Positions 33,568-45,485 of a stretch of 64,000 bases of DNA are shown here, in pieces. Each line of letters starts with the position of its first letter. Position 1 is the stretch's first letter. The stretch spans positions 20,336,001-20,400,000 of the forward strand of contig CM075981.1 in assembly GCA_038087875.1 (NCBI GenBank). Reading direction: 5' to 3'. The position numbers and the translations under genes were made by a program. This DNA comes from Malacoraja senta (Eukaryota). Under the pieces are notes generated by a model, which worked only from the letters and a program-made list of their open reading frames with translations, was not told the origin of the DNA and made no database searches.

Positions 33568-36333
33568 GTACAATCATCAACATTGAAGCCAAGCTATTGG
33601 AAATAAAACATTGATATCAATCTCACTGCAAGATAAATTATTGCAGGTTTGAATTCAAAACAACACAACAGCACATTTTCACGCTTTATCCGCAGCAATC
33701 CTAAAATAGGGCTAAAACACAAAGTGCTGGTGGAACTCTGTGGGTCAGGCAGCATCTGTGGAGACAATGGGCAGGCGACGTTTTGGGTCGGGACCCTCCT
33801 TCAGACTAATGGAGTAGGGGAGCAGACAGTTAAATTTTAGCATCATACAGCATGGAAAAGGCTCTTCAACCTAACTGGCCTATGATGTCCCATTTAAGCT
33901 TGTCCCATTTACCCGCGTTTTGCCATATCCCTCTAAACCTTTTCTTTCCAGGTATCTGTCCAAATGTTGTTATAGTAGCTGCCTGAACTACCTCCTCCGA
34001 CAGCTCGTTCCATATACCCACCATCATCTGTGTGAAAAAGTTGTTCCTGAAGTTCCAATTAAATCTTTTTCCTCTCTCCTCAAAGCTATGCCCTCTGGTT
34101 CAAGAATCCCCATCCCACGGCAAAAGACTATGCGTGTTCATATTAGGGCGGCACAGTGGCACAGCTGGTAGAGCTGCTGCCTCACAGCGCCAGAGACCTG
34201 GGTTCCATCCTGATCTCGGATGCTGTCAGTGTGGGGTTTGCACGTTCTCCCTGAGACCGCGTGTTTCTTCCGGGTGCCCCGGTTTCCTCCCACATCCCAA
34301 AGCCACGCGGGCTTGTAGATTAATTGGCCCTCCGTAAATTTCCCCTAGTGTGTCGGGAGTGGATGAGAAAGTGGTGATAACATAGAACTAGTGTAAACGG
34401 ATGATCGATGGTTGGCGTGAACTCGGTGGATTGGAGGGCCCATTTCCATGCCGAATCTTTCATATCAATAAATTCAATTTAAAAAAATCAAGGATCTGGG
34501 GAATAAAAACCACTGACTCCACCGTGAATCCAAGAGTTTCAATTCTTTTAAAAAATTGTTCCACAGAAACATGAAACTATGTGGTCCAACATTTAGGCAA
34601 GATCTCCCTGTGGGAACTGCCTCTGAATAATCAGTTGAAAAGGCTACTGTTAAAAGCTGTGATGAAAGTTTCTACAGATTGTTCCTCTGCGCTAATTAAG
34701 TTGGCAGGGTAAAGTGTGAGTGGTATTTCAAGCTGTGCAGAATTTCTTTGTAGAATGTTGCAAAAATGATCTCTGGCCATTGTGCAGGAAAGTAATCTCA
34801 AAGAAATTTGATACTCTGTTAGAATGTCACTCCTCAGAAATTCTCAAATCCCTGCAGGGGAACCTGAAGTTAGAAAAGCATAGCTGACTGAAGAATAAAC
34901 TGTGTGGGTCAGACAACAGTGGGGAAGAGAAGTGTGTAAGAAGGAACTGCAGATGCTGGTTTAAACCGAAGAGAGACACAAAGTGCTTGAGTAACTCAGC
35001 AGGTCAGACAGTACTTTCTCCGGACTCTCAGTCTGAAGAAGGGTCTTGATCCAAAACGTCACCTATTCCTTTTCTCCAGAGATGCTGTCTGACCGGCTGT
35101 GTTATTCCAGCTTTTTGTGTCTATCTGTTGGAGTAACTAAGTGGGTCCGGCAACATCCTTGGAGAACAGGAATAGGTGATGTTTTGGGTCGAGACCCTTC
35201 ATCAGACTGACTGTCAGGAAGGGTAGATTAGGGGTAAAGTAGATCAGTGGTTCAATATTTCTTTATTATCACATGTACCGTGGTACATAGAAATATTATT
35301 TTTGCATACAGTTCCGTAATTTCCACACAGCCTTTGATAGCTGCTGTCATCTATTTATCTTTGCCAGGAGATACAGCATGAAAACAGGCCCTTCAGCCCA
35401 CTGGATCCACACCGACCATCGATCACCCGATCACGCTAATTCTATGTTATCCCACTTTCTCATCCAACTCCGCACAGACAGTACCCATAGTCAGGATCGA
35501 ACCCGGTTCTTTGGTGTGTGAGACAGCAGCTCTATCGCTGCGTCACTGTGCTGCCCTGCATTCACCTTCCCCGTCCAGAATCCCACTGATGTTATCTGCC
35601 CTCCCCACTATCTCTGAACTCTCTGTCCCCTCAGGTTTACCCCAACGTTTCTGCCAAAGAGGCGGGTGGCTGAGATTTGGCAAGTTGCCTGCAAATGTGT
35701 GGCTCCTAGTGATCTTGGGTGGGCCTTGCAATGTGGAGAGTGCAGAGTTCCAGCCACATGGTTGATCACCTTCGGTTTCGTCTTTGTTCAGACCTTTGCA
35801 TCATTTTGACAACTGGCCAAAGGATCTATGTTGAGTTTAGTTTAGAGTTTAGGGATACGACAGGGAAACAGGCCCTTTGGCCCACCGAGTCCACCACGAC
35901 CATTGGATTACCCGTTCACACTAGTTTAATGTCATCCCACTTTCTTATCCCCTCCCTACACACGAGGGGCTATTTACAGAGGACAAATCAGCCTACAAAC
36001 CTTAATGTCTTTGGGAAATAGGAGGAAACCAGAGCCCCCTGGAGGAAACCCATGTGATCACAGGGAGAACGTGCAAATTCCATACAGAGAGCACCCGTAG
36101 TCAGGATCAAACCCGGGTCCCTGGCGCTGTGAGGCTGCAACTCTACCAGATGCGCTACTGTGCCATCCTTAAAGTGACTTAATCTAGTTGATTATTTGAA
36201 GAAGGTTTACAACCTGAATCTTTGCCTATGCATGTTCTCCAGAGATGCTGCCTGACGTGCCGAGTTACTCCAGCATTTTGTGTTTATCTAATCTATTTGA
36301 TTTCTCTTTGTAATGATTTTTTTCTCTCGTCAG

Positions 36334-36393
36334 ATTTATTGGCCTGCAACTAAAGACAGAGTGGAACTCTGCAAACAAACTGGCAAAAAGGAA
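36334..36393 (+). CDS. sema3d-like: SEMA3D-like coding exon 3
   Basis: Polypyrimidine tract + cag| acceptor, gaa|gtaagg donor, 60 nt. IYWPATKDRVELCKQTGKKE. Confidence 0.95.
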
Positions 36394-36519
36394 GTAAGGA
36401 ACGCCATTTCATTTTATTTCTCAGACACAGTTTATCATATTTTCTGTCAGCCTTAATTTGTTAAGTATGTTAAAAAGAACTGCTGCTATTTATATGTATA
36501 TGAATCACAGAACATTCAG

Positions 36520-37065
36520 AGTTATAGAGAGTCATACAGGCCCTCTGGCACACACCGATCAATGTGCCCCATCTACACTAGTCCAACCTGCCTGCGTTTG
36601 GACCGTATCCCTCCAAACCTATCCTATCCATATACCTTCTCAATGTTTCTTAAACGTTGCGATAGTACCTGCCTCAACTACCTCCTCTGGCAACTCGTTC
36701 CATAGACCCAAACCCTTTGTGTAAAAATAGTTACCCTCCAGGTTCCCTTTAAATCTTTCCCCCCTCACTTGAAGCCCAAGTTCTCTGGTTCTCAATTCCC
36801 CTACTCTGGGCAAAAGACTGTGCATTTACCTGATATATTACTCTCATGATCTTGTACACCTCTATAAGTTTCCCCTTCATCCTGCGCTCCAAGTAATAAC
36901 GTCCTAGCATGCCCAACCTCTCCTTGTAGCTTAGGACCACTAGTCCTCGTAAATCTTCTCCGCACCCTTTCCAGCTTGACGAAATCCTTCTTTTCTCTTG
37001 GTGCCCAAAACTGAACACAATGCTCCAAATGTGGTCCCAACAATGTCTTGTTTAACTGCAACATG
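36520..37065 (-). mobile_element. CR1-like 3' fragment in intron 3
   Basis: MLQLNKTLLGPHLEHCVQFWAP and WNELPEEVVEAG on the minus strand. Confidence 0.85.
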
Positions 37066-37167
37066 TTAGCAGGCTAGGACTTTATTCCTTGGAGAGCAGG
37101 ATGCCAGTGTGATTGTGTTTCTCTCCAAGTCTGAAGCTGATGGTAACTGTGTCGCTGTTGTTGTCAG

Positions 37168-37287
37168 GCGGAGTGTGCAAATTTTGTCCGACTGTTGCAC
37201 AACTTCAACAAGACTCACGTCTACGCTTGTGGGACGGGAGCCTTCGACCCTGCCTGTGGACGTCTCCTGCTCAGCCCCCCTGCACAG
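37168..37287 (+). CDS. sema3d-like: SEMA3D-like coding exon 4
   Basis: ttgtcag| acceptor, cag|gtaacg donor, 120 nt. [40 protein letters not shown] contains the Sema ECANF and CGTGAF motifs. Confidence 0.96.
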
Positions 37288-39189
37288 GTAACGCATTTTG
37301 ACTCCGCTCAAGGTAATGGTCCACAGCTGTCACTTCAGCTGAGCCAAATTCAAAGCTTATTATCTCCAGGTCACCAGAGTTCAAGCTGTTTAATGACTAC
37401 AGCCCTGTAGAGAGCGGAGAGAAAGCATGGTTTAATTGTCTGAATTTACAATGGCAAGCTTTTGCCATAAAACACCATTTCATCACCTACAACAGATTCC
37501 TCTCTGTCTGTGCCTTTCCAAATAGTGATGATCAAATATATCAATTGAGGAAAAAAAATGATTTTACCGAGGGCAATGCAGCATGCAACACACACAGTGT
37601 ACATATATTTTGTAAACTGCGCTGAGACAGGCTCTATTATCACCCTCTAGAATTATCTCCTAGCATTTTCCCAGCGTAACATTTTGTCAAGGGAATCAAT
37701 GACCTACCCAGGGCCTGGATCATTTGGATCCCGGCCAGATCTGTAGCGATTCCTCCACATTCCTGCAGGAGTTGCAGCTGGAATGCATCGGGAGAGGGGG
37801 CTGGAGATTTTTGTTCAAGTTTCTTTGTTATTTTTGTCTTTGTTCTGCTGCCTGGAAGGCGGCTGGACTTTGTGGAGATGAAATCTCTGAGATCCTAGCC
37901 AACAAGGTCTTTGTGTGCAAGGAGCAACTTTGTGGGAGCAATGTCATTGAGTCTTACAGCATGGAAACAGGCCCTTCGGCCTAACTCAGCCATGCCGACC
38001 AAGATGTCCAATCTAAGCTCATCCCATTGCCTGCATTTGGTCTGAATCCCTCTAAACATAGAAGTCTGAATAAGGGTCCAAACCTGAAACCTATCTATTT
38101 TCTCCAGATATGCTGCCTGACATTGAGTTACTCCAGCATTTTGTATCTCTGGTATAAACAAGCACCTGCAGTTCTTTTTTATTATATTTCCTTCTCAACC
38201 TTTCCTATCCATTTACCTGTCCAGGTGTCTTTTCAACCTGTTATTGTACCTGCCTCAACTGCCTCCTCTGACAGCTCATTCCATATACCCACCGCCCCTC
38301 TGTGTAAAAAAGTTGCCCCTCAGGTTCCTATTTTTTCCCCTCTCATCTTAAACTTATGTCCTCTAGTTCTTAATTCCCCTAACCTGGGTAAAAGGCTCTG
38401 TGCATTCAACCTATCTATTCCCCTCATGACTTTATACACCTCTATACGATCACCATTCAAACTTTTGTGTCAATATAATATTAGTAGATGAAATAACAAA
38501 CATCACTTTGTAGATTTTCTCATACTTTGCATAGGTGCGGGAATATGTTTAGTAAACGTTAGGCCTTCACCTGCCCACCGTGTTGTAGTGTAAATGAGCC
38601 ACGGCAACACGTGTTGGTCTGTTGCACTTTCAACCCAACTTGTTTGTCGTAACCCAGCGTCAGTTGCTACAGGCATTACTTACGATCTCACTAATCATGA
38701 TGAAGAGCCATCTTCAGAAGCAATTGGACGAGAGTCTCACTAAACTTATCGCCAACAATCTGTCCTGGACCAACCACTTTGAAGCACCGGCCAAAAAAAG
38801 CACACCAATGCACAGGACCGCCCGGTGGCGCAGCGGGAGCGTTGCTGCCTCTGGCGGGGGAGGGGGCTGGAGATTTTTGACTTCAAGTTTCCTCTGACAG
38901 CTCGTTCCATATACCCAGCACCAGAGACCTGGGTTCGATCCTGACTATGGGTGCTGTCTGCACAGACTTTGTATGTTCACCCTGTGACCGCGTGGGTTTT
39001 CTCCGGGTGCTCCAGTCTCCTCCCACACTCCAAAGATGTACAGGTTGTAGGTTAATTGGCTCACGTAAATTGCTAATTTTCCCTAGTGTGTAAGATTGTG
39101 CTGGTACATGAGGTGATTGCGGTTCGGTGTGGACTCGGTGGGCCGAAGGGCCTGTTTCCACGCTGTATCTCTAAAGTCCAAAGTAAAGC

Positions 39190-40030
39190 CTCTATTGCCG
39201 CAGGGGAATAAAGAAGTTCAGCATGTCTCCAAAGACACTTACCAATTTCTGCAGATGCACCATAGAAACCATCCTGCCTTGTTGCTTCACAGCTTGGCTT
39301 GGCAACAGCTCTGACCATGACCACACAGAACTGCAGAGGGTTGTGGATGTAGCCCAGTCCATCACACAGACCAGACTCCCCACCATGGACTCCACCTACA
39401 CTTCACGCTGCCTCGGGAAAGCAGCCAACATAATCAAGGACGCAAAGGGCTGGAGTAACCCAACAGGTCAAGCAGCATCACTGGAGAACATGAATAGGTG
39501 ACGTTTACGTCGGAACCCATCAGTCTGAAGAAAGGTCCTGAACCGAAACGTCACCTTTCCATGTTCTCCAGAGATGCTGCTTGACCTGCTGTGTTACTCC
39601 AGCACTTTGTGTCCTTTTGTGTGAACCAGCATCTGCAGCTCCTTGTTTCACCATAACTAAGGACCATTCCCCTCCCGGTCACTCCTTCTCTCTTCACCTG
39701 TCGGGTAGCGGTAAGCACGTACCACAGACTCAGGAACAGCTTCTTCCCTGTTGTTATCAGACTCCTGAACGGTCCTCCCATAAACTCGCGTGCAGTCCTG
39801 ATCTTCCAACCCACCTCACTGCGGACATTGTTTTTTTTTCTCTGCAACTGTAATACTATGATGTTGAAAACCATAATCTGCACTCCAGTATTCTTCTCTA
39901 TGCTCTACCTGTTGTACATGTGTATGGCTGAATTGTACTCGTGTATGGTATCATTTGATTTAATTGGACAGTGCGCAAACAAAATCTTTTCACTGAATCA
40001 CAGTACATGTGACAGTAATAAACCTAAACC
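39190..40030 (+). mobile_element. Rex1/Babar-type LINE 3' fragment; others at ~7780-8115(-), 9770-10235(+), 26140-26645(+), 55680-56230(+) and 63540-64000(+)
   Basis: LTNFCRCTIETIL..CFTAWLGN...YTSRCLGKAANIIKD..HPGH..F..LPSGRR..NSFFP.VIRLLN coding remnants and tgacaataa-type tails. Confidence 0.75.
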
Positions 40031-40989
40031 AATTTATTGAGTGAAGGAATATATACACGAACTGTGGAAAGAGCCATTTAACCCTCACAGAGAAATGTCC
40101 CTTGTGATATTTAATACTGCACTCTCCTGTCTCCTCCGTTAAAGTCTTCCAACATTTTTTAGTCATATTGATTGAATTTCCTTTCTGAAATAGTTATTCA
40201 AGGAATTTTTAAAAATTTATTGGAAGGAAGCATGTCGACAAGGAATAAGTTGGCTGTGAAATATTACATGAGGCTCTCCCCCTGGTGATCAGTGACTCCC
40301 TTTTATAATACAAACCTGCACGCTGAAGATTTCCTGTGATCTTAACTCCTGACCACAAGATTTGACTGATCTTGCTTTGAAGTAATTGAATATCTACCAG
40401 TGCTAACTTCATGCTGTAGTATGGTCTTCCGTTAGCTTTCCCATCTTGGCTTTCCATTTTCTCCAGAAAGTATAATCATTCTTGGCATTTGTGCAACATC
40501 AACTCACATGGGACAAATATCCTTACCACTGTGTATAACTTTGCAACTGTGATAAATGATAAAACTCTCAAGTTAAGATAAGGAGTGGATAAGTTATTGT
40601 ATGTGATTAATAGTTCCATCGCCATTAAGATATTGATGCTGATAGTATCTGTAAACATATGAACAGCAACAGGCCATTTGGCCCTTCGAGCATGGCTGAT
40701 ATCTCCCTCGTTTACAAGGACTATCTCCATATCCCATTATTCCCTTGCTTGAAGCCAGCATAACGGAGCAACCTAACAGGGTAGATATAGAGAGGATGTT
40801 TCCTCTTGTAGGACAATTTAGAACTTTGAATTGCTCTTTAAAATTAACAGGTGGGCTGTTTAAGTTAGCAACTGTTCATGATTGTTTTTCTTGAATATCT
40901 GAACGAACTGTTATTCTTGGTAATTCATTCACACCAAATGTACAAAACTGCACAAACTTCATACAAAAAAGTTTTTAAAAATCAATTTT

Positions 40990-41286
40990 ACTTTAGTTTA
41001 GTTTAGAGATACAGCATGGAAACAGGCCCTTGGCCCATCGAGTCCATGCCGATCTGTGGTCCCTGTACACTACTAGCACTACACACAAGGGGCAATTTAC
41101 AATTTTTACCAAAGCCAATTAACCTACAAACCTGTACTGCTTTAGAATGTGGGGGGAAACCAGAGCACCTGGAGAAAACCCATGTGGTCACAGGGAGAAC
41201 GTATAAACTCCAGCACCCGTAGTCAGGATCGAACCTGGGTCTCTGGCACTGTAAGGCAGTAGCTTTACTGTTGCTCCACCATGCCA
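40990..41286 (-). mobile_element. HE1-like V-SINE; other copies at ~1930-3031(+, split), 8952-9246(-), 12300-13697(-, split), 14700-14997(-), 22335-22567(+), 27043-27348(+), 34146-34470(+), 35365-35558(-), 35832-36168(-), 38815-39188(+), 42592-42888(+), 43800-44090(-), 44918-45210(-), 48967-49260(+), 49895-50106(+) and 50880-51082(+)
   Basis: The same ~300-bp head / V-domain / tail architecture recurs about 20 times on both strands. Confidence 0.85.
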
Positions 41287-42474
41287 AGCCTTCAGTGCTT
41301 GCCGCTCGTTACATTATCTAAATTTAACACAGTTAGGGCTAAGATAGAAATTAGTTTAGAGTTGGGTTTGCCATGATGTTTACGGTGTATGTCCATTAGT
41401 TGTCATGGAAACTGCTACCTTTAAGTCCATGGGTAATCTTACTTTCACTTTGTGTCACGACTTTAGTTTTCCTCAAGTCCAAGTTTACCACAGTTACCTC
41501 AATGGGTTGACATTCCTTGATTACTTGAAGCTCTGCAGTTCATGTGAGTTCATACTTCATGGTACAATCTCGCAAGATGCCAGTGCACCAGAATGTTGTT
41601 AAATGGAGCAGTTCTGATTGACGTTAGGCCTGCATCCATTTCATATGATGCAGTGTTACCTTAAGAAAGATTAAAGTTACGTAATGTGGTCAATGTGTAT
41701 CTTGCTATATGGACAATGGACTAATTAATTCATTGATTATGAATTATTCAGGAAATTTGACAATGATGGAGCTTAGATGTTGAATCTCATAGATATCCAA
41801 CTGCCTTCTGCCCAATCGGGCAAATGGTTTATTCTTTTCAACAAGTTACTTTGCTCAACATGACAAATTGTAAGCAATATGTTGCCTTTGCTAATAAATC
41901 ATATCCAAGAGACATATTTAAAGTGAACTGTGGAAAACACAGAGGGCAGCCAAGTATGGAATCTGTTGTGTCTGATTCTCCAAAGACTGAACGATGTAAT
42001 CTATGAGCCCGGACATTTCACCATGATGGACCTCTGCTTATTGAATCTGTCCGTGAGTGTGTTTCAACTAATAGCATTCAGCCAGACCTTTCCTCAACCT
42101 CGCTCAGTGAGCTAACGATTATTGGCATCAGAAAACGGAAATGTCGTAAGCTGAAATCTAATGAAGATATATTGGATGATAACTTGTTAAATCATCATAA
42201 CTGTATTGATGATGAAATTGGTTAATAATGTGGTTTAAAAAGCCCGTCTCCCACTATTTATTCTCCAATCCATCGACACATTAGCGTAAAAATATTCTGA
42301 CATGTTGCATTTAGGAAATGGATGACTCTTTATGATTTTGCTAACTCCAAATCCAATTTCTAGTCTAAAATCTGTGTGACGCATTACTTTACTGTATTGA
42401 ACATACAGGAAGAGTACAAAGTATTAGGTTTCAGTCGATTTTGATCTCTATTTCTTGTGTAACTTTACTGACAG

Positions 42475-42568
42475 GAGCTCTCATTGTCGTTTGACCTAAA
42501 GAGTCTGGAATCTGGAAAGCTGAAGTGCCCTTATGACCCCAACCAACCTTTCACATCGCTTCTCATTG
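42475..42568 (+). CDS. sema3d-like: SEMA3D-like coding exon 5
   Basis: acag| acceptor, attg|gtaagt donor, 94 nt. ELSLSFDLKSLESGKLKCPYDPNQPFTSLLI contains the ESG..KCPYDP motif. Confidence 0.96.
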
Positions 42569-45449
42569 GTAAGTGAGTTGTACGATATTGAAGGCGGCTC
42601 AGCGGTAGAGTTGCTGCCTCACAGCACCAGTGCCCTGGGTTCGATCCTGACTACAGATGCTGCCTATTCGGAGTTTGCACGTTCTCCCTGAGACCACGTG
42701 GGTTTCCTCTGGCTTCTCCAGTTCCCTCCTACTCTCCAAAGATGCCCAGGTTTGTAGATTAATTGGCTTTGGTAAAACTGTCCCTCCTGTGCAGGATAAT
42801 ACTCGTGTGGGGGGTGATGGCTGGTCAAAGCAGACTCGGTGGGTCAAAGGGCTTGTTTCCATGCTGTATCTCTAAAGTAAAGTAAATAAAATGCCACATT
42901 GCAAAAGGAAACCCCATTCTGAGTATCTGTTTGAAGGGATTTATCATAGATTTGTCACAGGAGCAACACAACATGTGGCTCGAGTTAGTTTTGTATGATC
43001 ACTTCCACAATCACCACATTTAAATCTTGTCACCCAGCATATGAACTGCATTTCCCTGAAAAGCCACATCAATAATCATTGCAGATTGAAAAAAAAATAA
43101 CTTTGTAACACTGGGATTTTTTTTAAATAATTGTGCATAAGGGGGGGTTGTTAACAGTTCTAACACACTTCTCCTAAATCATCACCAATTTCCTCAGGTG
43201 TCATCCAATATGGATCCACAGTTTCCTCCACTCTCACTCAGCGTCCTTAATGCTCAGTAAATCAAACAAGGAATTACTCTCAAGTTTAAAGGAGATGTGC
43301 AGAGCAAGTTTTTACCCAGAGGGTGTTGAGTTTTTACTCAGAGTGTTAGTAAGTAAATTTTATTTATATAGCACGTTTAAATGAACTCGCATTGAAACCA
43401 AAGTGCTTTACATAGAAGAAATAATTAAGTTTCCGTACATCCATAGAAAAATTTAAAAAAAGAAAAATGACACAACACATTATAGAATTCAACATGAACG
43501 TCCCCCCACAGCAGAATCAAAATTTTCCACTGTGGGGAAAGGCACCAGAAAGTTCATTCCTCTTCCTCTGTGATCACCCGAGGTCAGGGCCTATTTGTGC
43601 TGCCAGGGGTGGTGGTGGAGGCAGATACAAATGTGACATTTAACAGGCTTGTGGATAGGCACATGGATATGCAGGGAATGGAGGGATATGGATCACGAGC
43701 AGGCAGATAAGAGATGGTCTTGGCATCATGTCGGCATAGACATTGTGTGCCGAAGGGCCTTTTCATGTGCTGTGCTTGTCGATGTTCAGCATTCTATCAT
43801 TTTAGAGTTTTAGTTTTAGAGATACAGCATGGAAACAAACCCTTTGGCCTACTGAGTCTGCGATGACCTTCAATCATCCCGTACACTAGTTCTATCCCAC
43901 ACACTAGGGACAATTTTTACAGAAGTCAATTAACCTACAAACGTGCACGTCTTTGGAATGTGGCAGGAAACTGGAGCACCTGGAGCACCTGGAGCAAACC
44001 TACTCAGTCACAGGAAGAACGTGCAAACAGCACCAGTGGTCGGAATTAAACACGGGTCCTTGGCGCTGTAAGGCAGCAACTCTACTGCTGTATAAATGTG
44101 ACACCTACAATGTTCTGTGTTCAAATGCTATCATTAAAAGAGTCAGCCAGGCAAGGTTTCTTGAAAAGGCTTAAGGTAGAATCACTACCCTCGGTAGGCC
44201 CTGGTGAATAAAAGCACACTATTTCTATGTTAAAGTCCCTGATAATTGGGCATTTTTATGTGCAGCGATGTCTTGCACCTGGATCATCTGTGGCCAAAAT
44301 GTGGCTGGAAATCCCTTACAGAAAGGAAACAAATAATTGAAAGGTTCTCCCAGTGGGTTGAAGCCCCATTAAAGTTGAGAGCACGGGGAGAGAGGACCCT
44401 GTGACCTTCCTGTGGATGGTTCGGTGCAAGGGGCCAACAGATTTCAGTTTGCAGATTCCCCAGGTCCCATTCCTTGAGTGAGGAAGGACTTTACCCGTTG
44501 CCTTCTGGCCTCACTTCCCGCTGCTCGCTGCTGCTGTTAAAGAGGTCTGGCCAGAACGTTGATGGATCATCACCTTGCTACTTGACCCCAGCAGCTTCCT
44601 GCCAGTAATGGAAGTCGCTTGACTGAGTAAATGGTTCTGCTGCAGTTCTCCAGCGACCGTGTCACTCCACTGGCCCATTCTTTATGTGTAACCCGGACAT
44701 TTTATCAGCTGGTTATTTGATGGCGAGGGAAGAGGATGGACACCACTAGACAAGCCTGTCGCTGATGATTAGGTTTAGGTTTATTATTGTCACGTGCACC
44801 GAGGTACAGTGAAAAGCTTTGTCTTGCTTGCTATCCAAACAGATCAGATCTACTGTACATAAAGACAATCAAGTACAGTAGGTAGTGCAAAAGTGAAGAT
44901 ACAGAGTGCACATAATAGTTTTAGTTTAGTTTAGAGATACAGCATGGAAACGGGCCCCAACAGTCCACAGACCAGCGATCCCCGTACACACTATCCTACA
45001 CACTAGGGACAATTTATACTATTTTTTACTGAAGCCAATTAATCTACAAACCCTCACATCTCTGGGCTGTGGGAGGAAACCTGAGCACCCAGGGAAAACC
45101 TCCTGAGCACCCAGGGAAAACCCATGCGGTCACAGGGAGAATGTACAAACTCCATACAGATGGCACTTGTAGTCAGGCAGCAACTCTACCATTGCGCCAC
45201 TGTGCCATTCCCTTAATTGTTAGCATTGTACAAAATATCATTGGAACATTTAGAAAAGGTGCTATGCTTACAGGTAGAAAAGAGATTTGAAAGTCTAGGG
45301 AGAAAGAGGGACAATTGCAATGTGTGGTGTCTAAATTCAACACAAGGAGAATGCAGCTGAAAGGCAGGCCATTTGCTACATGGTTCCTTCTGGCCTCCAT
45401 GCAAAGATGCAAAGTGCTGGAGTAACTCAGCAGGTCAGGCAGCATGGAT

Positions 45450-45485
45450 AGGTGACGTTTCGGGTCAGGACCCTTCTTCAGACCC
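45450..45485 (-). ncRNA. Minimal hammerhead-ribozyme-like motif in a Penelope pLTR
   Basis: Minus strand reads GGGU-CUGAAGA-A-GGGUC-CU-GACCC-GAAAC-GUC-ACCU: conserved core, stem II, palindromic ACGU in place of stem III, short stem I. Activity untested. Confidence 0.55.
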
